This document shows positions 52,513 to 64,000 of a stretch of 64,000 bases of DNA, one piece after another (within the stretch, counting starts at the first letter, position 1; every line of letters starts with the position of its first letter). The translations under genes and the position numbers were made by a program. Source of the stretch: Nitrospirales bacterium (GTDB lineage Bacteria > Nitrospirota > Nitrospiria > Nitrospirales > UBA8639). The DNA lies in NCBI GenBank assembly GCA_965203295.1, contig CBDBCZ010000012.1:448001-512000 (forward strand), given 5' to 3'. The notes under the pieces were generated by a model that was given only the letters and a program-made list of their open reading frames with translations, made no database searches and had not been told where the DNA came from.

Positions 52513-55500
52513 CTACACTAGAGTTCCCTGGCAGCCACTATTAGAGCAGTCGGGGAATGGAAACGTGTTGGGAATGATGTTTATTTGTGTTGTAAATTCA
52601 AACACTGAGCCTTGAGGACCAGGAAACGTTGCCTGTATGAAGAAGCAGTGTATTTAACACTAACGTAGTTTCTATTTGGCGTGTGGTTTTAAAAACTTCA
52701 CAAGAATTTTTGAACTATTATAGCACACTTCAAAAGCCATGACAAGCCACTCAGAAGTCGTACATACCTGAATAAAGAAGCCCCTCCATCCTTGCTCTGG
52801 TGCTGACATTTTGGCTACGTATTCACCAGTTGGCTGCAGTAAATAAAAATATTATTATTAGTCATCGCGGTCACTGCTGTTGTAAAATAGTTGTTGCACA
52901 AATCACGCTTGGCCGGCTGGTATATGCACTAATCTCTTGTATTCCTATTACTAGATTTCCGCAATATCTTAGCAACCAAATTGTTGACCTGTATATGTAG
53001 GGAAAGAAAGTCTGCTTGGAGCAATGTGAAGAGGGGTGTACCTCAGGGGTTGATTCTGGGTCCACTCCTATTCATTTTGTATGCAAATGATCTGTTAAGC
53101 AGCAGTATACAGATGACACTACCCTGTCATATGTATGTGAGCGGTGATGCTGGTGACCTGGAGAGTGGTCTGACTGAGGGCATTGAGAGTGTGGCCAGGT
53201 GGGTTGGTGCTAACAAGCTCAGACTAAATGTAAAACAGACCTAGATGCTATTGAGTGGGGGTTAGGAGAGAAAAGGAGTTGGAGCAGGTGGGAGTGGGGG
53301 TTGATGACCAGGAGATTGAGAGGAGTAGGAAGGTGAAGTGTTTGGTGTTGTGATAGATGAAGATCTGAAATGGCAGGAGCGGGTATGGAGAAAGTGTTTT
53401 GCTGGTTTGGCCAAACTAAGCAGAATTTGTGTGATGCGATCGTACTTCCATGTCTTGTCTATTGCTCAACAGCATGGCACAATAGATTATAGTTCAGTTA
53501 AAAAATAAGGTAGAAAGAATACAAAACTATGGGATGACTCTCTCAGCCAGCCAAAGTACCAAGTGAGGAATTGAGACAGGTTTTGGGGTGGATCACACTA
53601 GCTGTTCTTACCAGCAGCTAAATCAGAGATAATTCAGTGGTTTTACGTTTCCGAGAGTTTCAGGAAAGGAACAACTTATCAAATGAGTTGAGAACAGCTA
53701 GTTCTGGAGCCAGTTTCAAGAAAGCCATGAAGAGATAATTATTATCTCCATTTTTCACAGTAACTGTTTGTTATTTTTTATTTTTCTACCTACATTTAGC
53801 TACATTTCAATTTTGTGTGTGTCAGTATGCTGTACAGGACTCTCAGGGAGACCAGCCTCTGGCTGATGAGACATTCCGTCTAAATATCCTATTTTTTCCC
53901 CACATTACATCACATATCATTCGACGAGAGCAGTAGGATATACAGACGCATATCCTACAGTTCTGTACTTCCTTAGTGACATTGGTAACATAACCTCAAA
54001 CTACATATATACATGCACTTAACGATAGTTACGCATATGGACAGCAGTGGCATAAGTCAGATAGACGACGCCACAGCGGAGAATGTGTGCCCCAAATATG
54101 GAATGTCATGACATCTGGGTTATGCCTACTCAAAAACAAACTGATTACAAGCTACTTAGGAGCTAAAACGTACTCAAGCACAGTGTTGTCAGTGAATTCA
54201 AACACATGTACTCATAAACTCAGGTAGTACGGATGGCAGTTAATTGCCACTTTCGCCTCATTGGTTGGAACCAATACTACCAGCTTTGCACTTAACTGCC
54301 TAATACACTAACATAATTAATGTTATATTCAGTGCATAAGTTTACCTGTGGCTCTAAGTCTTCAGCAAACCAGAAGACAGGTTGCGGAGTAGGCTTGGAT
54401 GGGTCTGGTATTCCAATGAGCAGACGAAAGTCTCTCCTGAGTAGGTAGAAAAGTCAGTCATCCTTCTACACTACCATTTCTTATTTCTTGTGGATGCATT
54501 GAAATGTCTAGAGTGTGATCATATCAAGGATCCAAATGCTGGGTCACAACATTTTTCACTCATAATTGCATGACAATAATCATGGTTTCATATTGGCAGG
54601 AAGTGGAGATTATTTGAGATCGTGAATGGATGCATGACAAAACAGACAGCATGCCAACCACATGCTTGCTCCCCCAGAAAATCAATGAATATACCTTCTC
54701 TGAGATTGATTCTGGTGCATTTTGGCGGCTAGCTGACTACCAACACTTGTGTACAAATTCACAGCAAATTAGACGAAATATGATTAAGTTTAAAGAGCAG
54801 AGCGACTGATCATTGTATGAAACCCTGATACTGGTAATATATACTGCAGAAGTAATCAATAGAACAGTGCATACTATACCCTACCGTTTATTGGTAAGTG
54901 TAGTGGCGTGGTAAACAACCACAGTAGAGGGTTTTTTGTCAGCTGTCATTGTGATGTACCCACCATCTACTGTCTGCATAAGAGAACAAAAAACACCTCA
55001 GTTTAATCTACTGCCAGTCAAAAGGGTGCAGTACATGTACGTATATAGCCACTAAAACCACTAGTAGCACCTGCCAGCAGGACACAGCCAATTCCAACTG
55101 TAATTACTCTCTCATTAGGCTACTTCGTCCATCTCCTAAACACGAAGTACATGCTACACCCTTAATCAGTCTGCCGGGGTAATTAAAGACACAGAACTGA
55201 AAACTAAGTGGTCACATTGCAAACTCAGCAGATAAAACAGCTATCAATACAAACCTGGTTTAGTGTCCACTTCATTACAGGTCTTGGAAAATTCTACATT
55301 AAGAGTAAGTAGTACATGTGCTTGAAATGACGAGCATAATTTTAATGACATGTGCAATGCAGTACATACGTATGTACATACGTTGTAAGTAAATCCGTTT
55401 GAAAGTTATAAAGATGTTTGATTGCTGCTACATTGTACGTAATGTTGACTATCGACATAATGTCCTCTAGTTACAAGTTATTTGTGGTTGACATAAAGAT

Positions 55501-58500
55501 AAATACTGGCGAGAATTTCCCAAATTGGATGGTGCCACCCATTTGTACAGCTCTAATAAACAACCTTGGTACAGTAACTCTGAATTTTGAAGCTTAGTCA
55601 GAGTGGTGGGTTATTATTCCATGACTGCAATAGTTTTCTTTCATGCACTCCCCAACTCATGACAGAGTACTGCCAAAGTAACAAGCTCACCTATTTCCAT
55701 ACTGTAAGGCAGCATAACAGCTAGCCCACCAATATACTGAAGCTAACACACGACCATAGCATGTGATTACATAATACTCCCATACGACTACAATTGGATG
55801 TATTATAGTACAAATTAGATTCATCGTATTATTATCTCTGGTCCAGGAGAAATATTGTATATGCAGCAATTCATGTCTCACTTATCACTACTAAGTATGT
55901 ACACTTGTCCTCTGGATTCGTGAAACTGTATTGTACGTACTTGCCACAATTACTATTAGTGTGAAATAAAGTTACCTGTTGCCACTGCTAACAGAAGACT
56001 CACTTGGAGTATTGAAAGATAGAATGCTCGGATGCTCAGCTCAAGACTAGTAAAGTGTCCGACACAGGAATGCTCTGCATTAGCCAACACCCTATACGAA
56101 GAAAAGCTTTAAGTTACATGTAATACTTCAAAAATTGTTATAATACACACTTGTGCAGGCTTCCAAACTACATGTAGCTATATTGTAGATGATATTTGAA
56201 CAGCTTACAGCCATTCTTGGTAAGTCTGACAGATTTATAAATGAAACAAGGAGGCCAACCTGGAAAAGTTTCGGGCATAATACGCCTACAGACTCGTGCT
56301 GTTTTTTTTTATTATTCTTTCTAAGGAGCTGCTCCCTATAAGTTATGTAACCAGAATGACTGTTTAGGAGACATAGTAACACAGAGTTACATGTATTAGC
56401 ACTCCTTGACAGAAAGTTAAACGTGTCACTTTGTCTGCTATATGACATACAGTGGAACCCCTCTATTGTGGACACCTTGGAGACCTGGTGAAGTGTCCTG
56501 TATAGAGAGGTGTCCTTATTTCAAGGGGCATTTTTACATTTAGAAAGCATATTTGGGACACAGCAAAGTGTCCTTAATATAGAGGTGTCCTTATTTCAGG
56601 GGTGTCCTCTAGGAAGGGTTCCACTGTAAATACTTCCAGAGCAGGTAAATCATAACCTTGTGTATATTTCCCCCTTCATGTCATCCCAGTAGTAATAGGA
56701 GTCATCAGGCAGGAAGAACTCATCACCACTGGTGGAGATTACAAGCTTGGGCATAGTCAGCCGCTCCTTGTAGGCTACGTAATTAAAGAAGACAGGTGTT
56801 TACATAGTGTAGATCCACATATTATCATTGCAGAAAAGTCTACGTACTTGATTTAGAAGTGCTACATGTAAGTGTAGATGGTGGCTAGTACAACAGCTAT
56901 GTATTTCATACTAGACTGTAATACAAATCTTAAGAACAGGCTGACATATAATTTTTCTAAAACAGATTGTGGGGAAATTTTATGACAACAATTACTTTCA
57001 GAAAGCCCTCAATCACATAGATCAAAGTTTGTGTACACTGTACTCCTGCAATTACTGAAATAGCTATGCAATTACATTTTGAATGTGTCTAGTCTACAGG
57101 TAGAGAGTGTGCAGAAGTTAATTCGTATATGAATTGTATCATATGCAAATATACATGTACCTCCTAACTACAACATACCAAAAGGATCCACAATACTTGT
57201 TAACTGTGCAGTTTGTGGATCATCCAAATCCCCTGTAACATTTAGCTCATAGTAGTCTTTGAAAGCAAATGTCCAGCCTCCCAGAGAGCGAAAATGGTGG
57301 TGGGCATTCTACAGAACAGCATAGATCAATCGTTACAACTTCCAGGAAACCTACATGTACTGGGAGTGCCATATGTCGGGCTGTCAATATACTTTCACAG
57401 CTATATACATGTAGGATTTTAAACGTTGATATTACTGCTATGCATACACTAAGAGTATTTTAGCTGGTATGTATATCAACAGCCTGCATGACAAAGAAAG
57501 TGTATCTATGGTTGTATCATAGGACAGGTTTTGATTACATAGTAAAACATTGCGGTTTCAGGCGCTGAAAGCAAATCGCATACTTAATTATTATTGCGTA
57601 ATGCCATATATATGTTTGGGTGCTCAAAGCAGTTTGAAATCACATTCTCGCGATCAAAACCCAGCCTACGGAGATAGATCTATGTGCATGTGGTCAAGTC
57701 TGCATGTAAGTTTCCAACCTAAGGTATCCTCACTCTGACTGATCACTGAATAGAAAATATGGACAGTTAAGTTGAAAAGAGAATGGATGGACAGACATGC
57801 ATTTTGGACTTGAAGCTAGAGGACAATCTAGCTGGTAGACAAATTCAGGCACACATCCACTTGTCAAGAGAGTACTAACCTTCACAAAGTTGAGCTCGTC
57901 CATAACAATGGGGACAATTCCAATAACCCTCTTGTCTACAGCACCAGTGGTCCATGTTGTCCAGCCACGCTAGGATCAGAAGAAAAAGGCAGGCTGAAAT
58001 AATTATAACCTCAATGCTATGGCTGGTTAGCTATCACTCTCATGTAATTGGAATGCTAGCTACATATCTTACATACACACACATGGTCAATTTTTAACAG
58101 CCAAGAACAAAGCACCTGGGATATAAACAGTTATAGGGAGCAATGAACAGTGAGACAATGAACAGTGAGACAAAATGCACAAAAATTAAGGTGAAATAAA
58201 TTCAAGGTAAGGCAAAGTAAATAACAAGAAAAAAAGGCATAAATACAAGGGCACAATCATGACTAAAAGTTAAGTGGGATAAAATAAAAATATAAAAATA
58301 TCATAGCTACTGTGTGATATTACAGCAAAATTCTACATAACTCTCTAGGTGCACCTGTAAAACCACATAACTTGCCATGAAATTTAAAGCACAAGGCCAC
58401 TAAACGTAACTTGCATATAATGTACTACTGTTACAGGTTGACTAGAGGAAATAATAAATTGCTGAGTGAGTGCTATTTGTGTAGCTGGGCAAAACACTAA

Positions 58501-61242
58501 TACTTACATGTACATTTACAAAGAAAGCTTATCATCTCTTGAAGAGTTTACAATGTACAACTCATTAGGCAGTCTGGTAACTCTGGTTCTAAAACAGTGT
58601 GTGGGTAGCGTGTCTGCAATAGCTCATTTAGATATTTAGAGGCATTATTGCTCCCACAGATGTGTTTTGTTTGGAAGCTGGAATGATCTCCTGAACACAA
58701 CGAGTTACGATTTTACTATCAAATACCCTAGTGGTCAGCAAATCCAACTGAAGTTGATTACTTAGCACATGTAAAAATGACCATTCATTGTATTGCACAT
58801 AACTGATGCTAACTGTGGCAAAGGGCACTACAGTCTGGACTTAAGGGGTATATAATTATACGCCAACCTTGGATGCTCCAGCAACGACGAACTTGGTAAT
58901 GTTGGCTTGAGGATTCTTTTTCGCAGCGAAATCTGACATTGTATCCAATGCACGAACAGCAGCCTTTAAAACAAAAATAGTCCACAGAATTAGCAGATAT
59001 GTACACAAAATATTGTACGTATATATAGTGTGCGTCTTCTAACAAAGTGCATTAGATTAAGTTTTGAGGTTTTAACTGCACCTTTGTCATTGGAAGCCTG
59101 AGCAGATAGTCTGGCTGATCAGTATGTGACTGAAAGTGGTACCATGTAAATGCGATGATGGCATCTTCAGAGCGGCTTTTCTGTTGAGGATCTTCCTAGA
59201 GTGATTTCATAAGTAGATGTACTATGTGTTATTGCCGCTTTCAAGGGAGTTATTGTTTTAATCATGTCACCAGTGGGGGGAATGATTCTTCTAACAGCCC
59301 CTCTCGGCCCCTTTCACTTGGTAAAACTAACAATGATGAAGGTAGCTTTTTACCTAACCTTCAATAAGCACATGTGCATATACATGTAGCATGCACGCAG
59401 CTTTTTATCTAAGCACATGTGCATATACATGTAGCATGCACGCAGCGTTTTATCTAAGCACATGTGCATATACATGTAGCATGAATGCAGTTGCCACTCT
59501 ACCAGCTGTGGGCTCAAGCAAGTCTCTCTAGTAGGCTCATATGAATAAGAGCTAAGGAGTGAAGTACCTGGCAGTAAGCTAGAACAAGTAACTTTGTAAT
59601 TGTATAGTAGAACCTCTCTATAGGGGTGACAATGTATGTGGCAGCTACTTCCCGATAAAAGGTACCTTGTGGGCCCCAACGTACGTATAGCCTCTATAAT
59701 ACAGACATACAGGAACCCCATCAATCAGGACTCCCGTGCATGTGTAAGTACATGTGCTATGCTACCCCCCTCAACCTGCCCACACAGCCTTGTACTCATG
59801 TAGGTGCATTATTGTCAGACAATGTACATGGGTATGAGGCTAATAAACACAAACACAGTGAAATAAAGCATACAGCTGCTGCAGTAGCCTTACTGCGAAG
59901 ATGATGGGCTCATTAGGAATTTGGAAAAGAGTAGCTGTAACCCTGAGGTGGAGTGACAGATGAATTTCAATGTAACAGAAGAAAAAGTTTACTGGTAAGG
60001 GAAATGGGGGAACACACAATATGGAAAACTGAAGCTTTCCCAACTCCATTGATGACAAAGTAGCTTTGGATGCACACAAAGAAAACTACTACATTTAGTA
60101 GCCAAACTTTAAGGCCAAGTTTCATCTGAATAACAGTGTTTTCCTAACACCCCACTGCAAAAGGCACAGTCAATAACTAGTGCTATGGAGAAAACATTAC
60201 TTATGGTTGATAAATGGATGCATGTACATGCCTTATCTGCAGGAAATAGGGTAGTTCCATGGTCAGAAGACTAGAAATATTCGGTGTTCCAAACTACCAT
60301 CATTTCCCTTGTAATAATACCATGACACAGAAAACCCTATGAGAGTGTGGCTTACGTCCCAGTCGCAAACGCCATCACAGTAGTAAGGAGGCAGTCTGAA
60401 CTTGTAATATCAGGAACACTGCAGTAAAGATAAAAGGGCAATCCAGCCTCAAACCTAGGCATAGATAACGCCATCACTAAAAAAATGTTGGTTTGAGGTC
60501 CTCCGCCTACCCAATTTTTTGATGGCTTGCAAATAAATTTTAACCATCAGCACATGCGCACACATTAAAATATATATAAGTTAATTATCAAACAGTTGGT
60601 CACATGCATGACCGCACTGCTTGTTTTGTGCAGGTACAGTGCAGTAGACTGAGTACGTAGCGTAGGCTTTTTGTCATTTTGCAACACTTTTGTGCCACTT
60701 TCTGCTTTTAATATTATGGTTAAATTAAATTTTTTCCTATCTACCTATACCTTCAATTCTAATCTTCCTCGGACCTCAAACCAAAAATTTTTTTAGTGAT
60801 GGCCTAACATAGCTCTTCTATGCTAGAAACACTTTTAGCTAGTTGCTGGTTTTAGTGATCTGTCTTACCCATCGTGGTTGCTCCCTCCAGTGATGTACAA
60901 GAATGCTGTGTCTGGAAACTGCAATTTGTCAGGGATGTTGATCACCATGTAGTGCCACCAGACAGACTGGCTCACTTTTGCAGCTAGAATCAATAATAGT
61001 AACACATTGTTAATGGCTTACTTACTCAAAGTACTACCGGTAGCCCTTTACTACATACATGATAGCCACGTTTGGGAAGTCATATTAATGAAGTATGATG
61101 TGTAGCCATCTCCTTTGAAAGGGTTGCCCAGATCTTCGTACTGGTACGTTGCATCAGGTTTATTCACGTAGTCGTCCAGTGGAGTAGCTGTAGTTAGAGC
61201 AACTACAACTGCCGCTGTCGCTAGTAGACACCAGTAAGACAT
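52513..61242 (-). CDS. PhoPQ-activated pathogenicity-related (PqaA) family / autocrine proliferation repressor A-like secreted alpha/beta hydrolase, 15 exons, about 483 aa
   Basis: Exons (minus): 61242-61059, 60983-60869, 60418-60356, 59942-59894, 59195-59082, 58963-58868, 57969-57880, 57308-57179, 56774-56657, 56091-56004, 55293-55255, 54973-54885, 54436-54346, 52833-52768, 52632-52513 (1452 nt). Signal peptide, then TPLDDYVNKPD, NMTSQTW, WWHYM, FLYITGG, QIPNEP, RSEDAIIAFTW, LLRLPMTKAAVRALD, FVVAGASKRGWTTW, GDEFFLPD, NAEHS, RDFRL, GWRGFFIQ and IIPNTFPFPDC...GTLV. Confidence 0.9.
53000..53890 (+). mobile_element. 5'-truncated CR1/L2-group (Crack/Daphne-like) LINE remnant, antisense in intron 13 of the PqaA-like gene
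   Basis: RT motifs SAWSNVKRGVPQGLILGPLLFILYANDL, frameshifted Y.DDTTL, and VARWVGANKLRLNVKQT with stops. The 3' end has a stem-loop GGACTCTCAGGGAGACCAGCCTCTGGCTGATGAGAC...TAAATA. Confidence 0.85.
56450..56626. mobile_element. Tigger/pogo-like MITE with TA target duplication
   Basis: TA|CAGTGGAACCC...GGGTTCCACTG|TA, with internal repeats AGAGGTGTCCTTATTTCA. Related single ends occur near 8550-8566, 24069, 25079-25092 and 59603. Confidence 0.85.
59366..59484 (+). repeat. Tandem repeat, ~45-bp unit x ~2.6
   Basis: TAAGCACATGTGCATATACATGTAGCATGCACGCAGC.TTTTATC repeated. Confidence 0.9.
60469..60804. mobile_element. MITE with ~33-bp TIRs and TAA flanks (PIF/Harbinger-like signature)
   Basis: TAA|CGCCATCACTAAAAAAATGTTGGTTTGAGGTCC ... 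GGACCTCAAACCAAAAATTTTTTTAGTGATGGCC|TAA. Confidence 0.8.
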
Positions 61243-61279
61243 TGTACCACTCAAACCCTGAAACAGTCCTTGGAGTCAG

Positions 61280-61365
61280 TTGTCACATGACGGCTCGAGC
61301 AGAGCCCCACCTTTCATTTGAGAGCCCCGCCCATTTACATTCGAGAGTCGACACCAATAGTCAAT
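61280..61365 (-). promoter_or_regulatory. Proximal promoter of the PqaA-like gene (E-box, GC boxes, CCAAT)
   Basis: GTCACATGAC at 61282-61291; tandem AGAGCCCCACC and AGAGCCCCGCCC at 61301-61332; CCAAT near 61354. Confidence 0.5.
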
Positions 61366-62263
61366 GGATATGCAATAGAAAAACTACAATTGCTTGAATA
61401 GTACAGCTTGTAAAAAAAAAACAACAACTAAAAAACCGACCACTTCCTTGCTTCGAAGCAGCTATTAAATCTCTCAGCCTATTAAAACTCGCAGTTTCCA
61501 GATAGCTACAGCTATTAAAATACTGCTGACCGTTTTCCAGCCCTTCCCCCTGTATGATTATCAACTCGTAAAGTGAGACGGCCTCCCTAGTGCCAGTGCT
61601 GAAAGCTGGGCGGAGGCCTGGGAACGAGGCTATAGTCAGATTGGATATCCTCTTAAAAAATAACCTCCATGCAGCTTGCTCTGAGAAACATGGCTTGAAT
61701 CATGACAAAAGAATTTTACTGTACATGTACTACCCAAGAAATGGACTGCCAAAATAAAATAGTGCTTAAATTATTCAGAGTCACAATGTGGCAAACAGCA
61801 GACACTGCATGCTTGCTTGACTCGGAGTCCATAGTACATGACGGCTTCGAAATTCCTGCAGTGGGATTCTGATGAGTTCCTCTAGTCTGCCAGTGGCTGT
61901 CTAGGAGTGCATGTCTGGAAAGTGATGCCCATTTACAGTGGGGCATGTGCAACCTTTAATACACTCCATGTTCTCAGCTCGTGGATGTGATAGTTCAGAT
62001 TTGTGCGTAATGGGCTCACCCCTCATGTGAACCTTACGGTCATGAAGAATTTCCATAGCTATCTGCCTATAGGTCAGCAAAATGTCAGCTATCTGTCACC
62101 TAGCTACATATGTAAAAAAAAAGAAGACTGTTACTATGGTAACCACTCTACATGCTACATACACGTATACCGAGTACACTGGTATGTTACAGCATACTGC
62201 TACATATGCACAGTTGTCATTCCAACAATCTCACTATTGTCTCCAGTTGCTGTTTACATTGCA

Positions 62264-64000
62264 ATGGCTTCCATCCTTGGAGACATCAAGTACTACCAAC
62301 CAGCTCCCAGGTCCTGGCACTGTGCTGCTCCCATTGGTGATAGGCTCTACATGTGGTGGGGTGGCCAAACTAAAGACTTTTATGTAAGCAGCAGGAGAAA
62401 ACTGGCATCTGCTATACGACCCCTACCTTGAGGCATGGCAGTAGGAAGCTACCACTGGAGTGCCACCACCTGTGTTCTATGGTGGAGATGAGTGCACGAG
62501 TCACTTCTGTCATATGGAGGAAATGATGGCAAGTCTCGTCTTGGGACTCTTCATCAGCTCAACACTGTTACACTCAACTGGGAGGAGCTTCATCAAAGTA
62601 CGCCTCAGGGTCCCATGACTAAATCAGGTTGTGGACTAGCCTCGTTTCAGGGGGGGAAAGATCGGACTATTTGGTGGATACGGCATCCCCACTGGCCCCA
62701 CCCAGCCTGGATCAACATTCACCAGGAGCACTGCATTCTCAGATGGGAGTGGGTGGACTAACAGGTTCCACCTCTTTGACCTCTAGGAAGGTAATTTAGT
62801 ATGTCATGCAGCACACATGCAGCCATTTCTGTATGTATGCAAGTACGCAGTTCACTGTATACAGTGCAGTAATATAGCATTTAGAATCTTACAATCCCAT
62901 CACTGTCTCCCAATGTTCTTGGTGGCTACCAACTTTTTGATATTATAAACCTGTAGTTATGAGCATACAAACATGAGGTGTGTAATATACATTGTGTAGC
63001 TAATTAAGTACACAGCCTCCACTTTCCCACAATAAGTTTGAACAGCTGAGTATATCATGTGTGTTTATTAGTTTGAGCCTTCAACTATCACCACAGAGAT
63101 AGGGTTAAAATTCAAAAGTTGAAACAAAATAATCATAGAACGGTGGGGTGTGCCTGCCATGTAGTCTGCATCATTTTCTGGGAGAGATTTCCCAGGGTTT
63201 CCTTTGTTGCAGAAAAATACTGATGTACCATATGGAAATTTTAAACTGCTACAATTATATTTATTACATATACTATGTACACAAAATACGTTCCTAATAC
63301 CATACCCTCAGCCAATACTTTGAGTGTGCTAAAGACAGATTGTTTGAGTGAGTGCAGCATTGTGTATGGTCACCTACTGCAGGTGTGTGGTCCACTACTG
63401 GGAGTCGGCCTCCTCCGTGTTCTGACTTGACATTCACAGCCATGGACTCCCACAGAGGTGCTCTATTTGGAGGAAACAACCCTGAACATGGCAAGATGAA
63501 TGGTGTCTACATCATCAATGTACCAACAATGGTATGCTTATGTGTGTGTGGACACATGTATGTTTATTGTACATTGCACAGTTATGATTGTGGTTGGCAC
63601 GATACTGGTGTGTAGAAGTACTCAAGTATTAGGACAGTATACATTCATGCTTATATTGTGAGCTGGATAGATCTAATGTATGCATAGCTAAATATAAATA
63701 TAGTAATGTACCGATAGAGTAAGATTTGTACTGTATGACTCTACCAATGTGAGTTTCCATAAAAAATTAAAGTCGAGCTAGAGAAGCCACAGGAAGTTCA
63801 GTGTATGTTGTGTATGTCTTGTAATAATGTAGTGCCCACAACAATTTAGTGCATGTCACCTTGTTGATTGCTCTCCTCCTCTCAGTACTGGACCAAACTG
63901 GATAAGTCTGGAGGAGGGCCCTGGCCGGCAGTAAGATCATTGCATGCTGCCTGTTGCCTCAACTACGGGGAGGAGCACCCCCAGCAGCTGGTCAGTGGGG
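62264..64000 (+). pseudogene. Kelch-repeat (beta-propeller) protein pseudogene, continues beyond the window
   Basis: Exon-like blocks 62264-62790, 63383-63531 and 63886->64000. Kelch motifs PAPRSWHCA..LYMWWGG, LLSYGGNDG, GPMTKSGCGL, LFGGYG, RPPPCSDLTF..LFGG and WPAVRSLHAACC. In-frame TAG at 62442 and 62784; frameshifts near 62415 and 62655. Confidence 0.8.

Noticed and set aside
53852..53890. Hammerhead-like CCAG-cct-CTGG-CTGATGA-GAC-attcc-GTC-TAAA
   Set aside because: It has TAAA rather than GAAA, no NUH site or stem III in position, and is better explained as the LINE 3'-terminal stem-loop.
55687..55881. Minus-strand ORF as an exon of the PqaA-like gene
   Set aside because: The 39-nt exon 55293-55255 (NFPRPVMKWTLNQ) already bridges the flanking exons in phase with good splice sites.
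52513..61242. Bacterial contamination or recent horizontal transfer of pqaA
   Set aside because: The gene has 14 canonical introns containing host-type MITEs and a LINE.

Overview
This is eukaryotic (animal) genomic DNA with GT-AG introns. The repeat types and the kelch gene family suggest a demosponge, but that is an inference. I assembled five loci by hand: (1) the 3' end of an unidentified coiled-coil gene (1-901, +); (2) a complete 42-exon MRCK/CDC42BP kinase gene (1661-43516, +, about 1596 aa); (3) a 5-exon divergent cyclin D-like gene with an E2F/CCAAT promoter (46001-50013, +, about 291 aa); (4) a 15-exon secreted PqaA/AprA-family alpha/beta hydrolase-like gene (52513-61242, -, about 483 aa); and (5) a disrupted kelch-repeat pseudogene running off the right edge. 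The introns hold a decayed Ty3/gypsy element with integrase upstream of RT (Gmr1-like order), RTE-like and CR1/L2-like LINE fragments, a tRNA-derived SINE, several MITE families, and micro- and minisatellites. The most unusual signals are CA-repeat 3' splice sites lacking a polypyrimidine tract, strong enrichment of the palindrome TACATGTA, and a ~145-nt hairpin element capped by GCGAAGC. Exon coordinates were read by eye; splice phases are consistent and summed CDS lengths are multiples of 3. No database search was possible.
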